Source: Nitrospirota bacterium (lineage in GTDB: Bacteria; Nitrospirota; Thermodesulfovibrionia; Thermodesulfovibrionales; Dissulfurispiraceae). From it: a stretch of DNA of 64,000 nucleotides. The stretch covers positions 101,191-165,190 of the forward strand of contig SCQE01000041.1 in the NCBI GenBank assembly GCA_004321915.1. Direction: 5' to 3'. Positions 9,997-19,504 of the stretch are shown piece by piece. The stretch's first letter is position 1. Each line of letters opens with the position of its first letter. The notes beneath the pieces were generated by a model. The model was not told where the DNA came from. It made no database searches and worked only from the letters and a program-made list of their open reading frames with translations. Both the position numbers and the translations under genes were made by a program.

Positions 9997-10748
9997 ATCT
10001 TATCCAGAAACCTTACGAGCCAACCGCTTGATTGTTTGTCATCCAGCACACCATCGCCCACAAGGTATATTTGAGCGTCAGCTACATACTGGGACTGAAC
10101 AGTGTTGGACGGAGACACATCGTCCGGCCTTACCATGCCTCTAAAAACAAGTATCTCCTTTTCGTTGTTTACAACGATTTCCTTGCGCGATTCAAGCACC
10201 ATGTTCGTATTCGGAAGCACCTCGACCACCTTGGCGGTTATAGTCCCTGAGAGCTTGCCTTCCCTTGTAGTGTCGCCTTTGCCCTTAAAGTCGGATTTAG
10301 CGCTGCCCTTTGCCGAGGGCGCGAAGGGGCGTCCGTGCCAAATATCAGGCACACCCAACTTCTGGTGCAGCTTTTTCTCCAATTCCAAATTTGCCAGCGT
10401 ACTCCCAAAAATATTGTCAAGAGCATACGTGCCCGAAGAATCCCTGTTTGCGCTTGTAGTGGCCTTTTTAGATGCCGTCGATGTCTCACTGATAATGATT
10501 GTTACAAGATCGTTTACGCGTTTGGCCTTCCTGTCCTCAAAAAGAGAAGCGCTATCTCTCCACAGAGACCCTTCCGAAGCGTATCTCTCCTTAGTTTCCT
10601 TCGGTTCTACATATTTCGGAGGCATAGGCGCGTCCTTTATTTCACGCGCCTCTTTAAGCCCCGCGCATCCTAAAAACATGAAAGAGATTCCTACCGATAG
10701 GCAAATTTTTCCCATTTTGACACATAAACATGTCCGGCTTTTGTTCAT
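9984..10748 (-). CDS. flgH: flagellar L-ring lipoprotein
   Basis: Lipobox FMFLGC and the FlgH core DLVTIIISETSTASKKATTSANRDSSG. ATGA overlap with the flgA stop. Confidence 0.9.
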   Translation of the reverse strand: MNKSRTCLCVKMGKICLSVGISFMFLGCAGLKEAREIKDAPMPPKYVEPKETKERYASEGSLWRDSASLFEDRKAKRVNDLVTIIISETSTASKKATTSANRDSSGTYALDNIFGSTLANLELEKKLHQKLGVPDIWHGRPFAPSAKGSAKSDFKGKGDTTREGKLSGTITAKVVEVLPNTNMVLESRKEIVVNNEKEILVFRGMVRPDDVSPSNTVQSQYVADAQIYLVGDGVLDDKQSSGWLVRFLDKIWPF

Positions 10749-11455
10749 ATTTTTACCCTTACCGTTCCGGCATCCACAAGCATGCCGTTTATTTCTTTTT
10801 TGTGAGATTCACAGTAAATAACAGCGTTGCCGCCTATAGCGGCATCCTTTCTAAGGACGCCTTTGGTTGTCAGCGTTATATTATTTCCTTCAACAACAAC
10901 ATCCACCCGCTGACCTTTTTTAATGGTCAATAAGCTTGTAACGTGATCGGTCTTCAAAACAACGCCCTGTCCCACATTCACTTTGAGGATCTTACCTTCG
11001 ATATCCGAACGCTGCAGAGCGGCCCCGTAAGGGACCTTTGACAATCTCTGCTTGAGAGAGAAAATGCCGTCAGGGGTCAAATACGAACCTTTTGTCAGCG
11101 CCCGGGCGCTGACAAAAACATCTACCATAAGATCATACGAGGCTTCGACAATTATCCCGTAACCAATGCCGGCCCCGTCCTTGACTTTAACATCGTAATT
11201 CACCTTGTTCCGGCCCGAATACCCGCTCATCCGAGCAGAAACAAGAGTCATATTGCTTTTAACGGAATCAGCCCCCCTGACAACCCTTATCCCGTTGACT
11301 TCAACATCCGGGGACAAGGAGCGAGAAAGGTCGTTTTGTATCATAGTCCTGACCTCGCTGAAGAGCTTGACATCTTCGCCTGTTTCACAAAACCCCTGAA
11401 ATGGGACCGTAGCAGCAATCATGCTCCAGAGCAAGCTTATTAAGGCCGTTCTCAT
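10745..11455 (-). CDS. flgA: flagellar P-ring assembly chaperone FlgA
   Basis: Signal peptide plus a C-terminal SAF-like region (IKKGQRVDVVVEGNNITLTTKGVLRKDAAIGGNAVI). Confidence 0.8.
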   Translation of the reverse strand: MRTALISLLWSMIAATVPFQGFCETGEDVKLFSEVRTMIQNDLSRSLSPDVEVNGIRVVRGADSVKSNMTLVSARMSGYSGRNKVNYDVKVKDGAGIGYGIIVEASYDLMVDVFVSARALTKGSYLTPDGIFSLKQRLSKVPYGAALQRSDIEGKILKVNVGQGVVLKTDHVTSLLTIKKGQRVDVVVEGNNITLTTKGVLRKDAAIGGNAVIYCESHKKEINGMLVDAGTVRVKI

Positions 11456-11460
11456 ATCAA

Positions 11461-12249
11461 TTATCTCCTCAGGTTGGCAGAGGTCTGGAGCATCTCATCA
11501 GAGGCCTGCACAGCCTTTGAATTAATGTCGAACGCCCTCTGGGCTATAATCAAATTTGCCATTTCCTCAACAACATTCACATTGGACATTTCAAGGAAAC
11601 CCTGATTCAAAGTGCCTCTCCCTTCAAGGCCCGGGGCCCCCGTTACCGCCTCTCCGGAAGCGTCGGAGGTAAGAAAAAGGTTCTTCCCTATCGACAAAAG
11701 CCCTGCGGGATTTGCAAATTTCGCTATCGTAATAGGGGTTAGAGCTGTCGGCGTGGAACTGCCCGCAACAAAGGCGCTCACCTCTCCTGAAGCGCTTATA
11801 GTTATCTTTGTAGTGGCAGGATCGAATGTTATGCCGTCGGTAAGCGGATATCCGTCGGAATTCACCATTCTTCCGTCCTTATCGAGCTTGAACGCGCCGG
11901 CCCTTGTGTATGCGGTAGTGCCGTCAGGCCGCGTAACCTGAAAAAAACCGTCCCCTTCTATCACCAGATCGAGATCGTTATTTGTGGTCATAAAATCGCC
12001 TTGCGAAAAAAGCTTCTGTACGGCTACAGGTTTTACACCCAATCCGACCTGTATCCCTGTAGGCACCTGCACGCCTTCACCCGACGCAGCTCCGGGCCCC
12101 TTCATGGTCTGGTACAACAAATCCTGAAAGTCGGCCCGGCTTCTTTTAAACCCTACGGTATTAACGTTCGCCAAGTTGTGGGCTATTACATCTACGTTTA
12201 TCTGCTGCGACTGCATCCCTGTTGCTGCTGTAAATAGAGACCTTATCAT
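11461..12249 (-). CDS. flgG: flagellar distal rod protein
   Basis: MIRSLFTAATGMQSQQINVDVIAHNLANVNTVGFKR. The start is moved to the ATG at 12249, which is preceded by AAGGAGGAG. Confidence 0.9.
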   Translation of the reverse strand: MIRSLFTAATGMQSQQINVDVIAHNLANVNTVGFKRSRADFQDLLYQTMKGPGAASGEGVQVPTGIQVGLGVKPVAVQKLFSQGDFMTTNNDLDLVIEGDGFFQVTRPDGTTAYTRAGAFKLDKDGRMVNSDGYPLTDGITFDPATTKITISASGEVSAFVAGSSTPTALTPITIAKFANPAGLLSIGKNLFLTSDASGEAVTGAPGLEGRGTLNQGFLEMSNVNVVEEMANLIIAQRAFDINSKAVQASDEMLQTSANLRR

Positions 12250-12265
12250 TCCAACTCCTCCTTCA

Positions 12266-12985
12266 TTATGCCCTTGCCAATTCGAAGGCCCTCTTTGAGA
12301 GGTCTTCAAAGTTCTGTATTATTTTTTGAGCGGATTCATACTGTCTAAGGGCCGTTATTACACCGACCATCTCCCTGACAGGGTTTACATTAGACATCTC
12401 GAGCGAACCCTGCACCACATCGGCGGCTGAGGCCCCTGCTTCACTTCCTGAATAAAGAGAATCGCCTTCGTGCATCAACTCTTTCAGCTTGACCACCTTG
12501 AACTTTCCGACGACCTCTCCGTTCAGGTTGATAGTTCCGTCTTGGGCTATACTCAAACTGCCGTTATTTTCGATAGTTATCGGTTTCCCGTTCGTGTCAA
12601 GGACTTTATACCCGTTCCCCGTCATCAAGGTATTGTCCTTGTCGAGCGTTAAGGCCCCGTTTCTCGAATAGAAATTCTGTCCTTTTTTCTGAACAACGAA
12701 AAAACCCTCCCCCATAAGCGCCAAATCCAGAGGGTTGCCGGTGGTCTTTATGTTTCCTTCCGATGTGTCTATATGATACTTATTGAAATCGGTCATCGCC
12801 CTTGCCTTGGGATAGGCGGCATCAGGCTTTAGGTCCACACCCTCGAGAATATCGTAAAAACGGGAGGATGTGGATGTCTTCTTGTATCCGACCGTGCTTA
12901 CATTGGCAAGATTGTTAGTTACGGACTCAAGTTCCCGGCTTCTTAGAACAGCGCTGCTCAAAGCCACATATATTCCCTTTTGCAT
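12266..12985 (-). CDS. flgF: flagellar proximal rod protein
   Basis: Rod-protein N- and C-terminal motifs (NNLANVSTVGYKK, MSNVNPVREMV). The start is moved to the ATG at 12985 because a sigma-54 promoter lies inside the longest ORF. Confidence 0.8.
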   Translation of the reverse strand: MQKGIYVALSSAVLRSRELESVTNNLANVSTVGYKKTSTSSRFYDILEGVDLKPDAAYPKARAMTDFNKYHIDTSEGNIKTTGNPLDLALMGEGFFVVQKKGQNFYSRNGALTLDKDNTLMTGNGYKVLDTNGKPITIENNGSLSIAQDGTINLNGEVVGKFKVVKLKELMHEGDSLYSGSEAGASAADVVQGSLEMSNVNPVREMVGVITALRQYESAQKIIQNFEDLSKRAFELARA

Positions 12986-13019
12986 CCAGCCCTCTTTCTT
13001 CAAGTATTTAAAGAAAGAA

Positions 13020-13035
13020 AGCAATATTGATGCCA
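13020..13035 (-). promoter_or_regulatory. sigma-54 promoter for flgF-flgG-flgA-flgH-flgI
   Basis: The minus strand reads TGGCATCAATATTGCT. GG and GC have the canonical -24/-12 spacing. It ends 34 nt before the flgF ATG and AAGAGGG ribosome-binding site. Confidence 0.65.
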
Positions 13036-13125
13036 ATTCTAATACGCTGTTTTTCTTATGTTTTTAGGGGTCATTCGCAAGTCGAAACGTCTGCAGGTAG
13101 GAATTGTTTTCCGTGCGCGGGAAAA

Positions 13126-13329
13126 TTATGCCTTGATATCTATACCTTGTTTTTCTTTTTTACCTTCGGAGGAAGATTTGTCTTCCTCTTTGGGCTTTGA
13201 AACCTCTCGCTCCCGGGTGACCTTCTTTGCCGGCTTGTTTAAACGCGAAAAAAGCGTTACATGACCCTGCCCTATCAAGGCAGAGCCTGCTATTCCTAAA
13301 ACATTGCCTATGCCGTCATATCCTGCCAT
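13126..13329 (-). CDS. hypothetical 67-aa protein (Gly-rich hydrophobic N-terminus, Lys/Glu-rich tail)
   Basis: ORF only, with no recognisable family. It sits 10 nt downstream of a sigma-28-like -10 element and has no Shine-Dalgarno sequence. Confidence 0.3.
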   Translation of the reverse strand: MAGYDGIGNVLGIAGSALIGQGHVTLFSRLNKPAKKVTREREVSKPKEEDKSSSEGKKEKQGIDIKA

Positions 13330-13339
13330 CTTGCTTTAG

Positions 13340-13366
13340 TTATCGGACAAAATATAAAGGACTTCA
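13340..13366 (-). promoter_or_regulatory. sigma-28 (FliA)-type promoter
   Basis: The minus strand reads TGAAGTCC-N11-TCCGATAA against the consensus TAAAGTTT-N11-GCCGATAA. It has the same -10 octamer as the flgM promoter. Confidence 0.5.
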
Positions 13367-13418
13367 CATGACATGACAAGAAGCGCAACGCAGTAGAAAG
13401 ATTTTTTTTAGTCTGCAG

Positions 13419-14261
13419 TTACGCTTCGACTTGAGATTTCTGTTCCAGATAGGTCGTTTTGACTTTTTCGGAAATTTCACCGAACTTTTCTTGGCTTAAT
13501 CCTAAGCGTTCAAGCTCTATATTGGTCAGTTCCGTGGATGAGCGCAACCCGATATTAAGGTTCAGGCATAAAGCGTCGGCTATTTTCACTATGAGACACT
13601 GGACCTCAAAGTCGTTGTCGCCCAACATAGCAAAATCTTCAGAATGATGGTATTCGATGACGGCTTCAAGGTTCTTCGGCAGCTTCCATTTTCGGGCAAC
13701 CAGCCCCCCGACATTGCAATGGTTAAAGCCGAGCATATCGTTCTCTGCCTCTAAAAAAGAAATGCCCTCGTCATACACCCTCTCTATGACCAACGAATAC
13801 GAATCCGGCATGCTGTTGTTCAGTATGGTCTTGCCGATGTCGTGAATAAGCCCCACAACGAGCGCTTCTTCCGCTGACATCAATCTTGTTTCAGCCGCGA
13901 GCGCCGAGGCCGCGATAGACACGCCCAAACTGTGGTCCCATAGACGCTGCTCGAACAACCCGAATTTACGGTGTATGTCCTTAAGGGATGCGGCAACAAC
14001 AAGGTTTTTCATCGTGTTCAAGCCGATCAATATTATAGCGGTCGAAACAGAGTCCACTTTTTTCCCTCTTCCGTAATAGGGAGAGTTGGCTATCTTAAGC
14101 AGCCGCGTTGAAAAAGACTGGTCTTGCGAGATGATCTTTTCTAGTTGGTTGATGGACGAAAAATCATCGTTCATCAGTTGCAGGACTTTGCTCGCAACTG
14201 TAGGAAGACTTGGGATATCGATAGTTTCGAGGACTATCTTTTCTAAAAGCTCTTCGTTCAA
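13419..14261 (-). CDS. HDOD domain protein
   Basis: IPSLPTVASKVLQLMNDDFSSINQLEKIISQDQSFSTRLLKIANSPYYG and a later HDIGK motif. Confidence 0.8.
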   Translation of the reverse strand: MNEELLEKIVLETIDIPSLPTVASKVLQLMNDDFSSINQLEKIISQDQSFSTRLLKIANSPYYGRGKKVDSVSTAIILIGLNTMKNLVVAASLKDIHRKFGLFEQRLWDHSLGVSIAASALAAETRLMSAEEALVVGLIHDIGKTILNNSMPDSYSLVIERVYDEGISFLEAENDMLGFNHCNVGGLVARKWKLPKNLEAVIEYHHSEDFAMLGDNDFEVQCLIVKIADALCLNLNIGLRSSTELTNIELERLGLSQEKFGEISEKVKTTYLEQKSQVEA

Positions 14262-14284
14262 AACGTTAAACCCCTATGTCGGTT

Positions 14285-14752
14285 TTATTCAAGCAGGGCC
14301 ACAGAATCGGATTTACCGAGCATCCTGTCTAGATCAAGAAGTATTATAAGCCTGTCTTCGAGCTTGGCTATGCCCCTCATAAACTCGGTGCTTATATTCG
14401 AGGCCATGGGAGGTGTCGGTTCCACGATGTTCCCCGGGATCCTGAGCACCTCCGACACAGAATCAACAACAACCCCCATAGTAATGCCTTCTATGTCCAT
14501 AATCATGATCCGCGAACGGGAATCCGGCTCTTTCGCAGCAAGATTGAACTTCGTCCTTATATTGATCACAGGAATGACTTTGCCTCGAAGATTCACAACA
14601 CCCTCGACATAGGCCGGAGAGTTGGGCACCCTCGTAATTTCGGTCATTCTGTTTATTTCCTGAACTTTAAGTATGTCAACCGCATATTCCTCGTTGTCCA
14701 GATTAAAAGTAACAAGTTGTAAAAGCTCTTCGGCTGAAGTCAGCGCCTTCAT
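14285..14752 (-). CDS. cheW: chemotaxis coupling protein CheW
   Basis: 155 aa forming a single CheW domain (FNLDNEEYAVDILKVQEI...VVNLRGKVIPVINIR). Confidence 0.9.
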   Translation of the reverse strand: MKALTSAEELLQLVTFNLDNEEYAVDILKVQEINRMTEITRVPNSPAYVEGVVNLRGKVIPVINIRTKFNLAAKEPDSRSRIMIMDIEGITMGVVVDSVSEVLRIPGNIVEPTPPMASNISTEFMRGIAKLEDRLIILLDLDRMLGKSDSVALLE

Positions 14753-14763
14753 TTATGACCCTC

Positions 14764-15828
14764 CTAAACAGCGTTAATTATTTCGCCGGCAATTTCTTCA
14801 AGAGATAATATCTTATCGGCAGTGCCTGCATCAACCACCGCTTTGGGCATTCCATAGACAACACAGCTTTCTTCGTTCTGCGCAAATATTCTTGCCCCGG
14901 TCCGCTTCATCTCGGCTATTCCTTTTGCCCCGTCATTCCCCATTCCTGTAAGTATAACACCGAGCGCCCTTCCCGGAAAAAGTTCTGCAACTGACAGCAT
15001 GAGCGCATCGACCGACGGGCGGTATATATAATCTTCCTTTGCTTCGGAAATGGAAATAACGGTCTCGAGTCCCCTCGGACGTCTGACCCTCATATGGCCC
15101 TTCCCGGGCGCGACATATGCGACACCGCCCTTGAGCACATCTCCCTCAGCAGCCTCTTTTACCGTTATTTCACTGAGCTGATTAAGCCTCTCTGCAAAGG
15201 GCCCCGTAAAATTGGCAGGCATATGCTGCGCGATGAGGATAGGCAACGGGAAATCCTTCGGCAGTTTAGGTATTATTTCCTGAAGAGCTTTAGGGCCGCC
15301 CGTTGACGTGCCTATCGAAACTACGCTCACCCGCCTGTCTCCGGTGATTTTTGACGGCATGGCCTTCGGGATTTCGTGCGCAGCCGCAGAGACGAGCGGT
15401 TTAGGAGAAACAGGGAGCCGCTTCTTAGGTCTGCCCTTCCTGCCTATCTGCTTTATCTTGTCCACCAGCATCTCTTTTATTTTCACGATATTGATGGAAA
15501 GGTCCGAAAGGTTCTTCGGTATGAAGTCAACCGCTCCGAGGTCGAGTGCGTCAAGGGTCACTTTGGCCCCGTCCGTGGTAAGAGAGCTGACCATGATTAC
15601 AGAAACAGGGTCACGCTCCATAATATGTTTTAGAGTGGTCAGCCCGTCCATCCTCGGCATCTCTACATCGAGAGTTATCACATCAGGCTTAAGCGACGCG
15701 ATCTTTTCGAGCGCGTCAATCCCGTCCCTCGCAGTGCCCACAATCTTTATCTCCGGATCGGACGAAATCATGCTGGTCAATGCGTTTCTCATAAACGCGG
15801 AATCATCGACAATAAGAACTTTAACCAT
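14764..15828 (-). CDS. cheB: chemotaxis response regulator protein-glutamate methylesterase
   Basis: REC domain (VLIVDDSAFMR...DVITLDVEMPRMDG) followed by the CheB catalytic domain (IGTSTGGPKAL, GMGNDGA). Confidence 0.9.
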   Translation of the reverse strand: MVKVLIVDDSAFMRNALTSMISSDPEIKIVGTARDGIDALEKIASLKPDVITLDVEMPRMDGLTTLKHIMERDPVSVIMVSSLTTDGAKVTLDALDLGAVDFIPKNLSDLSINIVKIKEMLVDKIKQIGRKGRPKKRLPVSPKPLVSAAAHEIPKAMPSKITGDRRVSVVSIGTSTGGPKALQEIIPKLPKDFPLPILIAQHMPANFTGPFAERLNQLSEITVKEAAEGDVLKGGVAYVAPGKGHMRVRRPRGLETVISISEAKEDYIYRPSVDALMLSVAELFPGRALGVILTGMGNDGAKGIAEMKRTGARIFAQNEESCVVYGMPKAVVDAGTADKILSLEEIAGEIINAV

Positions 15829-15843
15829 TAATCAAACCCCTTT

Positions 15844-18657
15844 TCAATATGCTTTATGTTCTTTCTTTATCTCTTCGAGATGATCTACGATCTGTTTGGA
15901 CAGGGTCAACATCTCCCTGTAAAATCCGTCAGCTTTGACCTTATCGCCGGACTTATAAGTCTCGGCCATCTGTCTGGCCAAGGCATGAAACCGCTCATGA
16001 GGAGGGTCTATCGATACAAAACTCGGGAGATTGCCGCATAAACGTTTTCCCTCAGTATCGTACCATTTGCCGAAGCGGCATGCGTGGTGGTCAGGAAGGC
16101 TGTTAAGATCCATATCGGCTTCCCCTCTCAAAAACGCCCCGACTTTTCCTACAAACAGCCTGTGGTCGGCTTTGGCCAAATCCAGCATAAGCAGCTCATT
16201 GCCGCCCACCTTGAATTTGATTGTAAGCACCCTCAGTTCTTCTGTCACCTTTATCAGACCGCTTACGTCATGCATGACCTTGACCGCCGTTTCCTTCTGG
16301 TCCGTTGCAATTCCGGCAGTCTTTTCCACATTCTTCGAGACCTCTTCGGCCGTCATCGTCTGATCTTCCATCGCAGTCGCTATCCTTGCTATCTGGTCTC
16401 CGACATTTTCTACGGAACTGACAATATTCAAAAGAGAATCGCCGACCTCTTTTATCTGTCCTGTGATCATATTGACTTGGTCCGAAGCGGTCTTCATCGA
16501 TTTGTTCGTCTGTCCGGCCTCGGTCTGCACCGCCCCTATTTTCTCGGATATTTCCCCTGTGGCCGCGATAGTCCTTTCGGCAAGTTTCCTTACTTCATCC
16601 GCAACTACGGCAAAACCCCTGCCCTGCTCCCCTGCCCTCGCAGCCTCTATCGCAGCGTTCAGGGCAAGAAGATTGGTCTGATCGGCAATGTCTTTTATTA
16701 CGGTCACTATCTCGCCGATCTCGCTTACCCGGCTATTCAGTTTGGTCATCATGGAAGAAAGTTCGAGTGTAGACTTGTGTACGGTCTCCACTGTCCTGAC
16801 AGCATTATCAGCCACCTGCTGCCCGGCATTGGCCACCTGCTTTGCATCGGAAGACGACCCGGCAGCGGAAGAGGCTGTCTTTGCTATATCGCCGAAGGTC
16901 TGGCTCATCTCCTCGGCCGCCGTAGCGATCTGATGGGCCTGTCCGGCCTGCTCCTGCGCGCCGTCCGAACTCTTCTGCGCCTCCTGTCTCAAACCGTCCA
17001 GCACCTGCACGGTTTCATTTACCGACGTCAATATCTTGCTTATGACATCGCTGAAAGACTGCATCATCTTCTGCATGCTCTGGGAAAGCTTTCCGATCTC
17101 GTCCTCGGATTGAGTTTCGAGTTTGCAGGCCAGATTGCCCGAGGCTATCTCATCCGCAACTTTTATGATAGCTTCGAGCGGTTTGTCTATAGAACGGTAT
17201 ATCCATACTCCAAAACCTATGCTCAACACTATGGCCGCTATGCTTATGGCGATAGTGAGTCCAAGGCTGAACCTTATCATACTGTTCACTGTGCCTATGG
17301 CCTTTTCCTGCTCTCCTTTTGCCGTGCTCACGGACTCTTTGCTCTTCTCCGCCTGCTTCAACACGATCTCGCGCAGTTTCGCCGTTGCCTCGGCCGCCTT
17401 TTCTTTCATTGTCAGGTCATGTTTGATCTTTTCCACAACCCCGTCTTTAGCAAACAAAAGGCTTTTTATAGAATTCAATGAAACCATAATCGCCTGAAGC
17501 GTTTTCAGCTCTTCCTTTGTGTCCAGTTGTTTCATCCCTTTATCGAGAAGTTTCTGCACATTTTCCGCACGTTCAAAGGATTTCTTCAAATCAACAACCA
17601 AAGGCTCGACCTCTTTGGGGCTGTTGACCGAAAAAAGCCTTGTAGACAAACCTTCTATAGAAAGACCTAACGCAAGCAGTTCCGAATTGCTCACAAGGAC
17701 ATTATTGGCAACGTTCGTCTGGCCGAATACATTTGTCTGTCGGCTCGATTCCGATGAATACTTTTCACTTGCATTGCCTGCTTCCTGTTCGACCGAAAGG
17801 CTCAGGACCGAAACCCGTTCCCCGATGTCCCTTTTCAGGTTTTCATACTGGTTCTTAAGGTCCTCAGTCTGCTGGGAAAGAAGGGCCATTTGGAGCTTTG
17901 TAATCTCCTCGATTTTCTCGCCTACGGACTTTAACTGCTTTGAATACTCTTTCTGCGTCTGGACATAATCTATCTGCTGTCCCTTTGATAAGGTAGCATT
18001 GGCCTTGCTCCTGCCGATTATAAGGCTCTTTTTATCTGAGGCTTTTTGCAGTTCGACAAAGACAAGCTGGAGATCTTTGATGATAAGTTTTAAAGACTCA
18101 AGGTCCTTAAGCTTGGTAGTGATATTCTTCGTATCTTCCATGGAAGATACTAGGGCGCCCTGCCTGTTCAACTGCAAGGACTTGATCTTGGCATCGAGCT
18201 CTTTAAGTTTTTGCGAAGACTCCTTCATCTTCTGCGTAATGGCCTTATTGGCAATATGCGCCTCTTCTTCTGCCTTTATCTTGTTTTCGCTGATATTAAA
18301 AATCTCGGCGCCGATCTTATGCAATTCCTCACTTACACCTATATTGGCCCCGCCCGTAAGCGCATCGAGAGAACTCTGCGTATTTTTGACCTCGTCGAGC
18401 GATTTTTCGGCCTCTGTCCTCAGGTTCTTGTAGTCGTTTACATTGTCCGCCAGCACAACCTTAATGAGGTCCGAAGTCGCTCCCTGAATAGCACGCTGAA
18501 ACTCCACCGTCCTCAACTGGAAAGGAGTGCTCCTCTCTGTGAGGTATGAAAGCTTGTTCTTCACAAAGTTCATCCCGACAACGCTTGTGCCCGCGACCGC
18601 ACAGAGTATGGCCAGAACCAGAACCAGATTCAGTGTAAGCTTTCTTTTTATAGTCAT
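15844..18657 (-). CDS. methyl-accepting chemotaxis protein with a roughly 430-aa periplasmic helical sensor, HAMP, a signalling domain and a C-terminal CZB zinc-binding domain
   Basis: Two TM segments at about residues 8-30 and 460-487. Highly conserved hairpin [38 protein letters not shown]. The C-terminus carries [10 protein letters not shown]...[11 protein letters not shown]...HERFHAL, the 3His/1Cys CZB pattern. Confidence 0.85.
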   Translation of the reverse strand: MTIKRKLTLNLVLVLAILCAVAGTSVVGMNFVKNKLSYLTERSTPFQLRTVEFQRAIQGATSDLIKVVLADNVNDYKNLRTEAEKSLDEVKNTQSSLDALTGGANIGVSEELHKIGAEIFNISENKIKAEEEAHIANKAITQKMKESSQKLKELDAKIKSLQLNRQGALVSSMEDTKNITTKLKDLESLKLIIKDLQLVFVELQKASDKKSLIIGRSKANATLSKGQQIDYVQTQKEYSKQLKSVGEKIEEITKLQMALLSQQTEDLKNQYENLKRDIGERVSVLSLSVEQEAGNASEKYSSESSRQTNVFGQTNVANNVLVSNSELLALGLSIEGLSTRLFSVNSPKEVEPLVVDLKKSFERAENVQKLLDKGMKQLDTKEELKTLQAIMVSLNSIKSLLFAKDGVVEKIKHDLTMKEKAAEATAKLREIVLKQAEKSKESVSTAKGEQEKAIGTVNSMIRFSLGLTIAISIAAIVLSIGFGVWIYRSIDKPLEAIIKVADEIASGNLACKLETQSEDEIGKLSQSMQKMMQSFSDVISKILTSVNETVQVLDGLRQEAQKSSDGAQEQAGQAHQIATAAEEMSQTFGDIAKTASSAAGSSSDAKQVANAGQQVADNAVRTVETVHKSTLELSSMMTKLNSRVSEIGEIVTVIKDIADQTNLLALNAAIEAARAGEQGRGFAVVADEVRKLAERTIAATGEISEKIGAVQTEAGQTNKSMKTASDQVNMITGQIKEVGDSLLNIVSSVENVGDQIARIATAMEDQTMTAEEVSKNVEKTAGIATDQKETAVKVMHDVSGLIKVTEELRVLTIKFKVGGNELLMLDLAKADHRLFVGKVGAFLRGEADMDLNSLPDHHACRFGKWYDTEGKRLCGNLPSFVSIDPPHERFHALARQMAETYKSGDKVKADGFYREMLTLSKQIVDHLEEIKKEHKAY

Positions 18658-18689
18658 AATTTACGTCCCACTCCAAACTTAATTTAATT

Positions 18690-18720
18690 GCCGGCATTCG
18701 CAGGCGCACGAACGCCCGGC
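18690..18720 (-). terminator. GC-rich stem-loop between the binding-protein gene and the MCP gene (possible attenuator)
   Basis: GCCGG...CCGGC outer pairs and GGCG-CACGAA-CGCC inner pairs. There is no strong U-tract. Confidence 0.25.
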
Positions 18721-18730
18721 ACTCGAAAAA

Positions 18731-19486
18731 TTACTTAATATACTTCGGGCCTTCCGTCTTAATAAAATCAAGAAGTTTTTGCACATTGGCCGAAGGCGCC
18801 CCCTTGGTCACAAGTATGAGAGGTCTTCCGACTTCTGGCGTCTCAGGGACCTTGATCTTATCGTCGGACATAATGATCGGACCAAAGCCTATGCCCTCAG
18901 GCGTATCTATGATCTGCTTTTTAACATCATCGGCCGTATTTACTTCAAGAACATCCTTTGTAGCCGCCTCGCCGTCAAGGATATTTTTTGTAAACAGACT
19001 GTTCGTGCCTGTTGAGAGTTTTCCCCATACGACTATGATCGGGGTGTCTTTGCCTCCCACATCCTTCCAGTTTACCACCTTGCCCGTAAATATGCCTTTA
19101 AGCTGGTCTTTGCTGAGTTTGGCTATGCCGTTCGATTTATTAAGAAACACGATCATCTTGTCTTTAGCTATGACAACGTGCTTGTAAGCCGACGGGTCGC
19201 CTGCGTTCATATTCTCTTTTTTAGCTATATTCATAAGCCCTTCGAAATCCACGTCCGCGGTGGACGCATCTACAGAGCCTTTCAGAAGCTCGGCAAATGC
19301 ATGCTTGGAGCCGACCTTAAGAAAATTGATCTTTAATCCGGTGGCCTTCTCAAACGGCTCCTTGATAGGTTTGATAACAGTGGATTCGACGGTCCCCCCG
19401 CCTGCCAGCTTTAGCTCGGAAGCCGTGGCAGAAGAGGCCCAAACCAATAGACATATCAGTACGAAAACCTTTACGAAACTTTTCAT
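18731..19486 (-). CDS. periplasmic substrate-binding protein, PstS/PBP_like_2 family (orphan, no transporter partner nearby)
   Basis: Signal peptide, and LSKDQLKGIFTGKVVNWKDVGGKDTPIIVVWGK typical of the phosphate-binding-protein family. Confidence 0.7.
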   Translation of the reverse strand: MKSFVKVFVLICLLVWASSATASELKLAGGGTVESTVIKPIKEPFEKATGLKINFLKVGSKHAFAELLKGSVDASTADVDFEGLMNIAKKENMNAGDPSAYKHVVIAKDKMIVFLNKSNGIAKLSKDQLKGIFTGKVVNWKDVGGKDTPIIVVWGKLSTGTNSLFTKNILDGEAATKDVLEVNTADDVKKQIIDTPEGIGFGPIIMSDDKIKVPETPEVGRPLILVTKGAPSANVQKLLDFIKTEGPKYIK

Positions 19487-19504
19487 GCTCTTTCCCCCTT
19501 TAAG

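Noticed and set aside
16084-17481. 465-aa plus-strand ORF, plus several smaller ones, inside the MCP gene
   Set aside because: Antisense shadow ORFs with an implausible Arg/His/Leu/Tyr-rich composition. The minus-strand frame carries unmistakable MCP motifs.
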